Part shown: positions 12,683 through 26,130 of the stretch, piece after piece
Layout: each line of letters begins with the position of its first letter
Numbering within the stretch: position 1 is the first letter of the stretch
NCBI GenBank assembly: GCA_043228905.1
Contig: JBHGNT010000018.1
Location: forward strand, 14,508,001 to 14,572,000
Reading direction: 5' to 3'
Source of the DNA: Azolla caroliniana
Lineage: Eukaryota; Plantae; Polypodiophyta
Length of the DNA stretch: 64,000 bases
The notes under the pieces: model-generated
What the model was told of the DNA's origin: nothing
Seen by the model: the letters and a program-made list of their open reading frames with translations, nothing else
Database searches by the model: none
Program-made: the position numbers and the translations under genes

Positions 12683-15400
12683 ACCCAGGCCACTCGCCAT
12701 GCCAAAGAACAAAGTGGGCTTCATCATAGCATTATTTGAAGGCTTGCGGGTGGATTGGCCTTTGATTGTAGTGAACTCCCTCCAGACAGTCATAATTGTG
12801 GTGGCAGACGGGAAGAAAGCGTGGACCAGAGTGGCACAATGGCTAACAATCCTCGCGCCGCCACAACGCACCATTAAGTCGAAGAAGCGGGCACGGGCGG
12901 AGATGACGCCACAACCATCATCAAAACGGCAATAGTTACTTGCAAAACACACCCCCAAATAGGTAGGAGAAGTACCCCGACAAGCAGAGCCGATTCTGGA
13001 ACCAAGGAGATAAGAACCTGCCAGGCCGGCTAAATCCATTCGGATTAAGCTAAGAAGGAGAGCAGTCGAAACCGGCAGAGACAGCACACCAGGAGACCGT
13101 AGAGGAGGAGGAGCTAGAAGAAGAAGAAGAAGAGCCCCTCCAGAGACGTCCTAGAACACGTCACGATGAGCAACATGGGAACAGATCGGATCTGAAGATG
13201 GAGAGTACACCGACCACCCCCTCAATGGTGGTGGAGCCAAGTCCGAACGAGCGTGCAACAACGGAAAGAACAGAAGCGGTTGATATGGTTCATAACGAAC
13301 AACAAACAAATGAGGAGGAGCAAGAAAGACCAGTACCAGAACCGGTAACGCAAATTCTGTGGGGGAATGAGGAACGAAGAGACATGTCGGAGGCGGTGCA
13401 GTAGTTTGTTGTACTCACACAATACGAGACCTGCCAACAATTTCTCGAATGGCTGGGAAAGCAGGTTGTCAAAGTAGCGAACCAAGTGGAAGCAAAATGC
13501 AAGGAATTGTTCAGTTGGCCCACACAGATGGAGTAGTTGATGGCAATGATAGGATAGTTGGAGGAGACCCGGAGCCATATTAAAATTTTGGAGGAAGAAT
13601 TGGAAAGGGCCAAAGAACTATTGGCCATTCAGGCAAACTTAGGCCACAAAATCAGAATAGGGCCGGAACCAATAGAGCTGGAAAGAATTCAAGAAGGGGC
13701 TCGGGAGGAAGAATTGGTGATGAATACAACACCGGACAAAGCGCAAGAATGGGAGAAGGAATTTGAAGCGCTTAAGGACGAATTGGTCGCACAAGCAACA
13801 CTCAAAGAAAAGGAAAAATACTTAAGGAAGACAACTGAGGAAGAAACACGGAGGATGGAAGAAGGACTCCAAAGATTACAAAGCAACATGGATTGGATGA
13901 AGGAGGAGAAGGATACATTATTGCAGGACAAGGACAAGCTCTGGCAAATGGCTGAAACAGAGATAGAGCAGCTCAAAGAGGAACTCCGACAACAAAAAGA
14001 TCGGGACGATCGGTTGCGGGCACAAGCCAACCGACAACGAAAAGAATAATCGGATAGATTTGACAAGTTGTATCGGGAGCATAAGGAGCTTGAGAAAGAG
14101 TATGATCGGCAACAAGAAAAACTTAAAGAGGCTCATCCAAAGGTGTCGGAGAAATCAAAGGCATTGACGGCACATGAACGGCTACTGGCGGAAACAACGG
14201 CGAAGCTATTGGAGGAAACGGCGAAAGAAAGAATGGAGTTGTTCTTGGAACATAATCAAGTGGTAGAACGGTCGAAGGTTGTATTGGATAAAGTGCAGAC
14301 AACCTACCAAACCCGAATCATGGATAGCAACGGTATCCAGTAGTTGAAGAAGGAAAAGGAGGCCACGGAGGACAAGGTAAAAATGGGCATTATGCGCATC
14401 CAGATGATTATCGGAGGCCGGAGGGAACGAATGAGAGAGAAAGTGGCAGATTCTTCCGCGACAATTTGGAATCAGTGGTCAAAGCAAGCGGCTGAGCTCT
14501 AGATTCTCTGTGCCGATGTTGAAAACCAGAAGAAAGCCAATGATGACTTCTACAAGATGGAGGAAGAAAGAATAATCACCATTCAAGAGGAGTTGTCAAA
14601 GGACTTCTATGCGCTGACCGAAGTACAGATAGACGCCATTTTGAAGAATTTGAAGATGATCAACTATAGGCCACACTGGAGTTGGAAGCATATGAGCAGG
14701 AGCGAAGGTAGAAAAAAGTGGAGCAGAGAGCTGAATATATATATATATATATATATTAGTGATGAAGACCGATAAGCAGAGCCAAGAACTTCGACACAGT
14801 AGCAACCGGATCTAGATCCAGAGACACATAGGACGGAGAGGACGGAACCTGAGTTAGAGACACAAGCGAACCAGCCAGAGTCACAAGTGAAGCAGCCGGA
14901 ATCGGAGAGGCAATAGCAGATAGTGAATGAAGAAGAGCGGCTAGAAGCATTGGACCAAGCATCCTAGACATACTCGATGAGGAGTAATGGAGCTGACCCG
15001 TGGGTTCGACATGCAATGCATTGTCCCACGGGTGTGCCATGTGTTGGCCAATGAAAGAGTATGATCCAGAGGCGGAGATGTGAATCGGAGGCCGGGGAAT
15101 AATAGATAAATTGTATTAAGGAAGCGACGGATCCCGATAGTTGTACCGATCCAGATCCGCACCGTTTGTAATCAGGTAGCCAGATGAGGCACCATTTTGT
15201 GACCTTACCAGATGCCTAGATAAAGGGTCCGGGTTGATGTATGAATTGTGGAAGTAATGCGAGTAATATAGTTGATTATTATTTTGTTGTCTATCTTGTG
15301 TACTTGCCATCTGTGCTATATATTGATCTTACGCGTGTAATTAATTATCGAATACGGTGTATATATTCCGAAATTATAATTGGATAGTTATATTTACGAG
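12683..15400 (+). mobile_element. Degenerate 3' portion of a Gypsy related to 43367-53176: extra-ORF homolog plus 3' LTR starting at 15042 (right boundary approximate)
   Basis: MPKNKVGFIIALFEGLRVDWPL aligns to MPKNRAGMIIATYEGVKVDWPV, and LKDELVAQ to LKDELAAQ. GTCCCACGGGTGTGCCA-TG precedes TGTTGG, and the LTR motif TCTTACGCGTGTAATTAA is shared. Confidence 0.8.
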
Positions 15401-17536
15401 TGAAGCATAATAATCCATATCTCTAACCACCCCCTTGGATAAGTATTCTAGATAGGGATACCTTGTGTTAGCGGCTAAGTCCAACCCATGAGTAACATTC
15501 ATTGTCTTGGATTTTTCACCCATATCTTGGAGTATATATCGTAGTTGTTGCAACCTTGAATCCTTTGAGTATCATGATCCTATGCTTCAACAATATGTAT
15601 CATATATAATTAATTGGTTAACTTCTCTGTGTCAAATTCCATGTTCCATGGGTATCCTTAGCGATTCCAAAAGCATAGTCATACAGGATGTTAATTAGCT
15701 CCACAAGCATATGCCCCTATTTGCCCATATTTCCGTCTTTGGGCACATCATTGACCTTATTTTACAATTTTGCTTCATATGCTTTACAATGGGCATTTTG
15801 TTGGGAGATAGTACAATATTCATTCGTAAAGCAATGCATACCTTTGAGGTACAACCAACTATTTTTTAATATTATCCCTCACTTTATATTATCAACCATT
15901 ATGCATAAAATATGTCTTTATCTCATATGAGCAACACCATATTTATGAACTTGGTGTGCAACTATTTTCTTAAGTCTCTCATTCTCAATAACAATAATTC
16001 GTAGTTTTGAATTTTCCTTCACCAATGCCCTAATCTCTTTCTTAATAATTAGGTAATTAACTAAGGGTTAATTAGTATCTAATTATGTAAGAGTTAATCA
16101 CGTATGTGATTAAGCAGCGGAAGATTATGTGATATGTGTGTGAGAGAAAGAGAGAGAGAGGAAGTTACACTTATGAACAATAAGACAAAATGGGGATGAT
16201 TAACAAGAGTGTAGCTAGATAACCTTTCTCTATATTAATAAGCATCAAGTTACAAAGATACCCACAATGAGGTATATATAGATCTCATGTGCAAGGGTGC
16301 ACATGTGTGTGGAGAATATAGGTACAAGGATATAAGTCCTATATTAAACAAACTTGGTAAAGGAGGATCTAGAATGTATCCCACTCAAGTACAAACTCCT
16401 ATTTAAGGTGTTAAGGTCAACATTCTAACTAGATTCTATTTAGGTAACTACTAAGTTACGTGGTTGACTAAATGACTAAACTTAGTTGAGCTTGATATCT
16501 CAACACTCCTCACACCACTTATTTATGGTTTCTTGAAGAGAAACCGAAAAACTCATAAACATCGTCTCCATTGTGGTTAAATTTGTTGCATTAGTAACGA
16601 TTATGATTCCACAAAGCTACAATATGTTGGCAAAAGATTCAAGACACCTAATTATCGAATCCCTTTTAGATAGGGCACTGGGAAGATTAGGCAGAAAGAA
16701 GAGGTAAGATTGAAAGAGAACCAAGGGAAAATCCTTGAGTTTCGGTGTGGTGAGACTATGGATGTTGGTCATCATAGGCGTCTCACTCACTCACATTGCT
16801 ACCTCGTGGATTGTGACGGTGTCGAGGTATTCCTCGCGGATACGTGGAATGAGGCGAGACCTCGGGGGTCTTGTACCGAAGAGCAAGAGAGAAAGGAGAA
16901 GGGAAGGGACCCACTACGTGCGAGCGTAGATTCACAGGGACACGGCCCTTCAACACAAAGACGCGAGTGGGACACCGACACAGAGAGACGCGAATGTATG
17001 TATATATATATGTTAACAAGACAAACAACAAGAAGCACGACGTTGGTTACAATCGAACAGGCCGGCGAACAGATGCTGATGCCTGTTCGTAAACGCACAG
17101 AAAGGAAGAAGTAGGTTTGAGGTGCTGCCGGAAGCACTCGGGCATTCCTCAGAGCAGCGCGAGCCTCCCGAAACCTGCACAGAACGAAGCTACGGAGCTT
17201 GGAAGAGAGAGAAGCCTTCGGCCAACAACCCGAAAGCACTTTGTCCTCTCTATCCGCGATCCCTCTCTCCTCCTCGTCTCCCTCCTTTTATAGGCAAGAA
17301 AGGAGTCGTTTCCCATTAACTTCCTACCTACCGAATCTACCTACCTAGGATCTTCTATGTACCTAATCCTCTCTTATGTACAACATAAGGCGTACGTGCA
17401 TGAAGAGCCGGTTCCTACGCTCCGGTGCACCGATTCCGCTCGTGGACGGTTTTCTTCACGACATCCGCCCCCACCTAACCGCGCATCCACCGGCATGCGC
17501 CAAATTAAGTTGGGACGGAGAAAACCGGTCCAGTCT

Positions 17537-20500
17537 TCATTCCCCGCCCGTCGGTTCTTCCTCGGTTTCGGATCGTTCGTTGTCGCGGTCCAGGTTAACC
17601 GGATCCGGCTCGTCGTCGTGACGCTTCTTGAACGCTTTGATCCGCTTCCCAGCTACCGGTATCGCCATTCTTGTGCCGTCGAGTTCAGCCAGATGGTACG
17701 TCCCGTTGTCGTTGGCGCTTTGTACCACGTAAGGCCCGAACCACCTTCTTGCGAACTTCCGTGTTGCTCGATGCTGGTTGTCGAGGCTGTTGTCATAGAC
17801 TAGCACCCAGTCGCCTTCCTCGATCTTCTTTGGTCGTAGCCGGTGCGTTCAGTCGAACCGGGCTTTGTTCCTCGTCCTTGCCACCCGAAGCTTTTCCGTA
17901 GCCTGCTCTACGTCCTCCGGTCTTCGCTCGAGTTGTCGTATGCGCGCCGCCAACAGTTCCTCCCGGCTTATCTCGTCTCTCCAGTCCACGGTTGCCCATG
18001 AGGAGATCGTTCATTCCATCGGCATGATCGGCTTCTGCCCAAACATGAGCTCTGCCGGCATGAATCCGGTTACCGAACTGTGCGTAGTTCAGTCAGCCCA
18101 TAACGCGTAAGGCAGCAGCCGCGGCCAGTTCCCGACTTGACCTCCGCATGCCCGAACTAACGCCTTGACGATCAGTCCGTGTCCGCGCTCCACCTTCCCA
18201 TTCGCCTCCAGGTTGTACGCAGTGGTAAGCGAGAGCTTGACTCCTATCCGGTCGAACAGCTCCTCGGCCTCTTCGGCGTCCAACTCCCCGCGATCAGCCA
18301 CGACCTTCCCGACGCACCCGTACCGGCATATCACGTCCTCGATCAGGAACCGACATAGGCCGCGGTCGTTTTGTTCTGAAGGGCTCGGCCTTCCACCTGG
18401 TTCGTCAGATCTTCCCGAGCCAGAACCAGATACCGCATCTGTCCTACGCCAATCGGCATCATCACCAGATCTACCATCCATTTGAAGTGGATGGTCGGAG
18501 GGTACGTAGGGTGAAGCTCGTCCTGATGTCGGACTATGGAGTGCATCTGACAGCTCTCGCAAGTTGTCACGAACCGATGCACGTCCCGGTACAGTCCCGG
18601 CCACCAGTACTTCCCCTTTATCTTCTCGAACGTGGCCCACGTTCCACGGTGTCCAGCCCAAGGGCTGTCGTGGCAGGCCGTCAGCAGCTCCTCTTGTTCT
18701 TCCTTCATCGCCACCACCCGGAGCGGGACGTCGTTCCTCTTCTTCGGGTGCTTCCATAGGTATCCGTCCCGGAGAAAGAATCGGTATGCTTTCTTCCGGA
18801 TCCGGTTGGTCTCGTCCCTTGTCCATGACGCATCCGATGTCATTGTCCTCAAGAAACCACCGATCTGTAGCCACTCGCCGTCGTACTTGCTCTCATCGAA
18901 GCCGTTAAGTGCCGGAGGGCTCGTCCCATCGGTCGTTACATACGCTGCCTCGAAGAAGTCCACGCCGACTTCTTCATCCTCCGAAACCATGCCGCCCTCG
19001 TCATCAAACCTTGCCCTCAAAAGCATGTCGGCCATGGCATTGTCCTTTCCGGAAATGTGTCGTATTTCCGGGTCCAGGGACTTGATGTACGCTATCCACC
19101 TGAGCATCGCCAGGTCCGGTGTCGCGCATCCGGAAACCATGCCGAGAATTGGCAAGCAATCCGTCTCGATAACCACTTCTGTCCCGATCAGGTAGTCTTT
19201 GTCGGCCTTTACTGCCGAAACGATACCCCAGAGTTCGCGTTTAACCTGGGCGTACCCTCGCTGTCGTTCACTGAGGACCTTCGCGCCGAATCGGATCGGG
19301 AACCGGGTGCCATCCTCGTCTTCTTGGTTGACGACCCATCCGATCCCAGTCGGGCTCGTATCCACCGTTATGTATACCGGGGTACCCTTCTCGTAGACAG
19401 CCTTCCGGAGCGCCGGTGCTGCCGCAAGAGCTTCCTTCAGCTTCCGGACCGACTCGGTGTGCTCGTCTCGCCACTCAAATTTTTGCCCCTTTTTCAACAA
19501 CCCGTATAGCGGCTCCGCAACGTGGGTGTAATGCGGGATCCATATGTGGTAGAACGCGCATGCCCCCAGGAACCTCCGAACTTCCGTAACCGAGCTACAG
19601 TCGGTCTTCATCGCGGAGATGGCTTCTACTTTTGCCGGAGACGGCTTCCGGCCATATGGTCCACATAGGTGTCCGACCACCAGGATTTCTGATTGCCCGA
19701 AGGCCGATTTCTCCCCGGAGAAGGTGAGCCTCGCATCCTCTAGCCTTTGTAGCACCTTCTCGCAGTCGTCGATGTGTGTTGCCACGAATCGCCGGCATCC
19801 GTCCGGCCCGACTGTCTCGTCCTTCTCTTCCACTGGGCACCCCTTTATCGGGATGTCGTCCAGAAATGGCATGGTGATGTCCGGGATGCAATCCCTCAGT
19901 ACCTTATTCATTGCATTCACCATGTGGGCCACCGAGTTGGTCCCTCCTTGTGGCAGGGTACACATTCGCACTAGGCCGAGGGGAGTTCGCATCGTCGTAA
20001 TGTCCCTGCTCTCCACGGCTAGCTGGAATTGGTCGTACCCCGAGTACAGATCACCGACCGAGTAAATCGACCTTCCGGCGAAGGCCTCCGCGAACTCGTC
20101 TATGGTCAGTTCAATTCCTGCGTTCCGAATGGTCACTCTATTGACCGGCTGCAGGTCCTGAATGAAGCGCAATGTTCCGTTTTTCTTTGGTACGGTAAAC
20201 CATCGGTTCGAGTATGGCGCACTCGACGGTTCGAGAATACCCATATCGACTTTCTGCCTCGGTAGCTCCATCAACTCCGGGATGTGAGCTCTCGGTACCG
20301 GAATCGGCTTGAGATTCCACGGCACATGCGGTACCGTGAATATCACCATCGGCTCCACGATTGTCGGGTCTACGCACCCGATCTCTTCCGGTGAGAATGC
20401 GAAGGCTTTCCCGTGCCTTCCGAGCATTCTCCGAAACCGGTCTTCCTCCGCCAACAGTAGGAACCCGCCCCCACCGATTTTGAGCTCCCGGAGCGTCCCG

Positions 20501-21035
20501 TCGGTGAAGGTGTGTCCTATGCAGACCGGATCTCGTAAATTGGGGTCCGACGCAACCCCTCTGATTCGGGACTCGCTGTCCTCCGGTAAGGGTGCCGCGA
20601 CTGGCCTTACCTTCCGGTCCATAGTCTTGTACTTCGTGCTAACTCGGGCCGTCCGATCCGACCCGAGCCCTTGACTGAAGTTCGCGATGACTTCGTATAT
20701 CTCTTCGGAACATACCGGTATCGTCCGGTCTTCGTTAAGGTCTTCTCCGGCTACCTTCCTCAGCATCCCCAAGGTGTCGTCGAAGGAGACCGCCTCCACG
20801 GCTCCGCTGATTTCCTCGTCCGGGCCGAGGACTCCGCACGCTCGAAGTCTCTCCTCCGCCCTTGCCTTTTCTCGGCCAACGATGCCGACTATCATACACC
20901 CTCCGTCATTGGAGAAGCAAAATTTTCTACCTATCGTACAAGGATTCTTCGGTTTCGGTTCTATTGTACAACTGTGGGGTCTTTCCCGAGTGTCTGGACT
21001 GTCTCGGCCCCACGCCTTGGCAGCCCTCTCTAAAA
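17537..21035 (-). pseudogene. RT-RNaseH-integrase (pol) of the Trp-primed Gypsy, entered by -1 frameshift; integrase disrupted
   Basis: Motifs LRFIQDLQPVN, LPQG, FLDD, ITVDTS, HDSPWAGHRG...CESC, VVADRG and GKVERGH. A frameshift near 18350 and stops downstream break the integrase. Confidence 0.88.
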
Positions 21036-23156
21036 ATCCTCCCGGTTCTCGCCACCGAGGGATTCGCGGTTTCGCTCGTGGTTCGGCCGTACCGTCAGAA
21101 ATTGGACCGAATGGCGCCCGTCCTGGCTTTTGACCCTCGCGTAGGCCGAACCGTTGTCCAACACTTTGGTCTCCATTCGCGCCGCCGTGATGTATGGTTC
21201 CCCTAATATGACCGGGTGCGAGGACGTCTCCTGCACGAAGAAGTGCTGGTCAATCTCAACGTCGCCGATCTTGACTCGCACATTCGGGCAGGCCCCGTGC
21301 AGTTCCTCGGTGGCGCGCGTCGCCGCCCGTATCTTCCACCCGTGCTTGGTGTTGATCGGCCATTTTCCCTTCTTATAGAAGTCCATGGACATCAGGTTTA
21401 TTTCCGAACCGTGGTCCACCAGTGCCACCACCGGTTCCTGAACACCTCCAATCTTTACCGGGGTCTCCGTGGTCGCTCGGGCCTAGTGTGGCCTTGAATA
21501 GTGGCTCTTCGCCCACTCATCTTCCAGTGCCAAGTCGTTGATGTGTGTCGTCCGCACCTCCACCGGTCTTTCCGGTTCCGTCTCCGTCGACAGCCTCTTC
21601 CGTTTCACCAAGTCCACAATGGAGTCATGGAACTCCTTCTTGGCGATCCCTAGCACCTCCCGCAATGACAGCTCCACTTTGTTGTCGAGGATCCGTTCTT
21701 CTAGGACCTTTCGTAGGTCCGTGGTCCTTTCTATTTCCGTCCCCAGTCGGTATCCGCCCTTCCTGGGGTTATCCTGCGCGCCGGACCCACCGGCTTCGTT
21801 CCGTCGTTGCCCGAATCGGGTCTCGTACCGTTGTGAGGGCCCGGTCGCTCCGGCTTTCCCCACTCGTTTGTCTTCTACCAGAGCCTCGTAGTTCCGGCAG
21901 GCGGCTTCTACGAAGCCCGTCTTCTCCTCGACCGGGTCGCTCCACCCGGTTATTTCCCGGACCTGTCTCTCAGCGCGGTCCGCTTCATCTTTCCTCAGCT
22001 GTGCGCCGGCGAGGCCTTCCAGCATTGCCGACCAGAATCCGTCTTTGATCTCCTTTCGGGCCTCGCTGCCCCCGACCCGAATGTCGGCCGACGCCGAGTA
22101 GTGGATGGCCTCCACGTTTTGGGCCGCTGCCTCTTCCATCAGTCTCTTCATACCTCCTTGCCCGTCGTTTCGGTTTAGGGCCCTTCTGGTGTCGCCGGCG
22201 TGCACCCGGCCTTCCCACAGGTACACCACCCGGTTCCTCAACGCCTCTGCGAAATCGTCGCAGTCCTTCCGAATGTGGCCGACCTCGTCGCACCACATGC
22301 ACCTGTTCCCTGCTGCCGGCCGTCGGTCACGAGCCGGTTCGCCGCCTTCCCTTCGAGTCTGGGCGATCTGGAGATCCTTTATCGCCCGCGTCAACTCCTC
22401 CAGCGCTGCTCCTCCGGACGAGCCATTGACCATGCCGATCGAAGCCGAACCGGTTTCGAGCCATTCCCGGGTCTCTTCCCTTCGCCCTTGCGGTGCCGGT
22501 TCAAGCCTCCTTGCTGTGACAGAGCCCGCACCGGGCGCCCCGTTGTCAGCCCATTCTCGTCGTTTGTCGAAACGGCCACAGACTCTCTTAACCGCAGCCC
22601 AGTCGGTCGTCAGCCCGTCTTCGGTTTCCAGCAAGGAGCCGACTTGATCCCGGTCCCACTCGTCCACCGACTTGACGAACAGTAGGACCCGGCTCGTATC
22701 CAGAACGGTTCGGTCAAGCGCCGAAAGGCGCGCAAAGCGTTCTTCAAACTCCCGGAGGAGTGCCGACGCGTTTCTTCCCTTGCCGGGGGACTCCACCCAT
22801 TCCATGAAGTCCCGTTTCGAAAGCCGGAGCGCGTCGTCCAGCCCGTATTTTTCTAGGAGTCGGCCTTCGAACTCCTCCCAGGTACGGCTCTCCGCCCGCA
22901 CCTCGAGCACCTCCGCATGGATGCTCGGCATCGCCACTCGAGGGAACCCGGCAAGACGCCTCTCTTCCGAAATGTCCCGCATCAGCATTTCTGCCCCGTA
23001 GGACGCCAAATACTTCGTGGCATCCTTTCCGCTGAACCAGCCGATCGTACTGACGACCACCTCAATGGCTCTGTCGAGGGTGCCGGTGCCCTCTCGTGCG
23101 CTCAATATCCGATCCACGGTCGAAGCCATGGCCTCCGCAAGATCCAACCCCTTCAT
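21030..23156 (-). pseudogene. Gag-protease ORF of the Trp-primed Gypsy, with an in-frame TAG at 21483-21485
   Basis: CMWCDEVGHIRKDC knuckle; H*ARATTE (probably TGG>TAG); protease motif ALVDHGSEIN. Confidence 0.85.
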
Positions 23157-23179
23157 CTTCTGCTCTTCTGCCGCCTCTT

Positions 23180-23196
23180 TCACGTCGGGTTCACCA
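23180..23196 (-). promoter_or_regulatory. Primer binding site for tRNA-Trp
   Basis: The minus strand reads TGGTGAACCCGACGTGA 3 nt after the 5' LTR, complementary to the plant tRNA-Trp 3' end (...TCACGTCGGGTTCACCA). Confidence 0.85.
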
Positions 23197-24562
23197 AGAT
23201 GTCGAGGTATTCCTCGCGGATGCGTGGAATGAGGCGGGACCTCAGGGGTCTTGTACCGAAGAGCAAGAGAGAAAGGAGAAGGGAAGGGACCCACTACGTG
23301 CGAGCGTAGATTCACAGGGACACAGCCCTTCAACACAAAGACACGAGTGGACACCAACAGAGAGAGACGCGAATGTATGTATATATATATGCTAACAAGA
23401 CAAACAACAAGAAGCACGATGTTGGTTACAATCGAACAGGCCGGCGAACAGATGCCGATGCCTGTTCGTAAACGCACAGAAAGGAAGAAGTAGGTTGGAG
23501 GTGCTGCCGGAAGCACTCGGGCATTCCTCAGAGCAGCGCGAGCCTCCCGAAACCTGCACAGAACGAAGCTACGGAGCTTGGAAGAGAGAGAAGCCTTCGG
23601 CCAACAACTCGACAGCACTTCGTCCTCTCTATCCGCGATCCCTCTCTCCTCCTCGTCTCCCTCCTTTTATAGGCAAGAAAGGAGCTGTTTCCCATTAACT
23701 TCCTACCTACCGAATCTACCTACCTAGGATCTTCTATGTACCTAATCCTCTCTTATGTACAACATAAGGCGTACATGCATGAAGAGCCGGTTCCTACGCT
23801 CCGGTGCACCGATTCCGCTCGTGGACGGTTTTCTTCACGACAACGGTGACAAAGTTTGGGTGTTTGATTCCTTACATTTGCGAAACCAACAATTAGTTGT
23901 CTCCTTAGGTAAAGATAGCATTGTCTGCTTTCACATTGCTTTTCCTCTTTCCACATGCACCTTCACTTTTGCTTTTAGGCATGCACCTAACCTTATCCTT
24001 AAGGGGGCGACAAAATGCCTAACTTTTGGGCTCCTATTTAGCACATGCTTCCTTGTCTTCTCCCATGCATCGTAGATCGATCATCCTTCCCTCTTGCTCA
24101 CCTTTAGTGGGAATCGATCCCATGACACATTTATTCGAAGGTTGCTGCTCTAATATTCTTCCTCTCACATTTCGCCCAAGTGACCATTACGCATCGACCC
24201 AAGGGTGAAGCTATAGACATTTTGGCATTTTTGCTCTGTACACACGTGCCACATGGTGATGGGCATCAATTCCATGTTGCTTTGGGGGTGGCATCGGGCA
24301 AGAACTTGTGAAAATCTCTTGGCTACGGATGTGGGTACTACTATCCATAGTAGCATCATGACCGGACGATTCAAGCCCGCCCGGGAGAGCATACATATAT
24401 TATGTCTCTATACATATGTATACGTAGATGATGTTGGTATACGTAGGTATACATACATATATCATGTATGTATGCTCGTGTCTAACTACTACCAAAAATG
24501 AAAGAGTGCAAGTGAGGGAATCGTGGGCGCGGACGGTGCAGGTTGCTCATATGATGGCGCAT

Positions 24563-25325
24563 TGTCGTGTTGTTACGCGTGCACGTAGGAAACTAAGGCG
24601 GGACCGCGGGGGCCCTGAACCGAGGAGTGGGTGAAAGTAGACGGAGAAGAGAAAGGAAGAGATGGAACGGCAAGAACCGGGGCCAACAAGCACAACGGTC
24701 GCCGGGTCAGACGAGAACACAACTACACGCGAAAGATAGGTGGAGAAGCGCGCTCGATCGGTTACGAAGGTCAACAATAGATTAAAGAAGGTCACAACTA
24801 GCCCGGGAGAATGCAACTCCAGAAGAACCTATTACTATTAGTCAATGATTACAACTTGCTGAGATTACAACCGGCACACCGGTGACCAACCAAACACACT
24901 CACATTCACACACACAAGGATACACAGTGGAGCCCCTACCGAAAGCACACGGGCTTTCCTCGCTAGCAGAGGCAACCAACCAAGAAGCCTGCAGAGATTA
25001 CAACAGAGATGAAACAGTGCTCGGTTCCCGATCCGACAACACCTCCTCCTCCTCCCAAAATGCGATACCCTCTCAGTCTTTCTTTCCCCTTTTTATAGGT
25101 CGTTGAAGGTGGGTCATTACAGCCTAGTTACATCACATTTATTCTCTGCCCCTTTGGACAGAGATACGCTTTGATTTCCAAAATATGTTCTGTCTAAACT
25201 ATTTACATCGTGTTCGCCTATTTTTAACTATGTACAAGTTATTTTAATTCCGTGCGCCTATGTGTACGCGCCGGTTCATGCGCTCTGGTCCCCGATTCCC
25301 TTTATGACCGGTTTTCTTCATGACA
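24563..25325 (-). mobile_element. Solo LTR (763 bp) of a family related to the Trp-primed Gypsy
   Basis: Ends are TGTCGTG...CATGACA, flanked by GCAT/GCGT (4-bp TSD, 1 mismatch). The terminus CCGATTCC...CGGTTTTCTTCATGACA matches the LTR end at 17430-17463. Confidence 0.7.
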
Positions 25326-25368
25326 GCGTGCAATCTCCACTGTCCAATGTGGGTGAAGCTAACAACGT

Positions 25369-25548
25369 TTGTCACCAGGAGCTTGACTCTCTGACAACCT
25401 CTGCCACAAGGAGCCCAACTCTATCACAAGGAGACCCGTTGTCTGACAACCTCTATAACCAGGAGCCCGACTTTGTCAAAAGGAACCCCGTTGTCTGATA
25501 GCCTCTGTCACCAGGAGCCCAACCAACTTTGGGTAGGAGCCCAACTCT
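25369..25548. repeat. Degenerate short tandem repeat (CTGACAACCTCTGTCACCAGGAGCCC-like units)
   Basis: Units recur at ~25370, 25390, 25440 and 25490. Confidence 0.6.
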
Positions 25549-26130
25549 CAAAAAAGTAACAGTAATAAAGAATAAAATAGCAACTTAGTAAAACCAAAGT
25601 GAATAGGGTAGTGATTAGATTTATTTGTAAGATTTGTTAGGTATATGGTTCAAATCCTATCTTCTTTGAATTCTTTCTTTTTGGTTTTCTTCTTCTTCGA
25701 TTTCTTTCTTTTTTAGGGTTTCCACATTTGGTTTAGGGTATGTAGTCACTTTACACTTCAACACCTTAATTACTAAATGTAGTCACTTTACATTTAAGGG
25801 GTCGTAATAGTGGTATTGAATTCAACACCTTAATTACTAAATGTGTTCATGGTGTCGTAATAGTCTAAAAGGTTTAAAATTGTCATCATCAAACACTTAA
25901 CCATATGTTGTCGACTGTACCTTTGCGCTTAGTATATAACTAAACATTTGCAAACTTTGATTGATGCAAGTGGACTTATTCTTTAGTTGCCGTCAGTGTT
26001 GCCTTTTGACGGCTAACATTGCCTGTCATGAGAACGGTATTCCAAAAATTTTGCCCGTCAAATTGACGGTTTGTCAAAAAAAATGCCCTTCAAAAAGTAA
26101 ATACATCGAATATTTGTACGAAACAATATA

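Larger units (their letters stand above)
16820..23842 (-). mobile_element. Full-length Ty3/Gypsy element, tRNA-Trp PBS, 4-bp TSD, slightly disabled
   Basis: LTRs at 16820-17463 and 23200-23842 (TGTCG...CGACA) differ by roughly 3% by eye. TSD is ACGG/ACGG and the PPT AGGTGGGGGCGGA adjoins the 3' LTR. Gag, PR, RT, RH and INT are all on the minus strand. Confidence 0.95.

Noticed and set aside
12638-13087. 149-aa minus-strand ORF
   Set aside because: It is a chimera of antisense Gypsy extra-ORF and LINE sequence.
16138-16512. Possible minus-strand Copia LTR remnant
   Set aside because: One end is suggestive (CAACACTCC), but the second boundary and TSD could not be fixed.
17357-23400. Many overlapping plus-strand ORFs in the GC-rich Gypsy elements (also 44200-52900)
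   Set aside because: These are shadow ORFs of GC-rich coding sequence with no recognisable motifs.
23157-23618. N-terminal extension of the 711-aa Gag ORF
   Set aside because: It reads through the LTR and PBS; the plausible start is the ATG at 23156.
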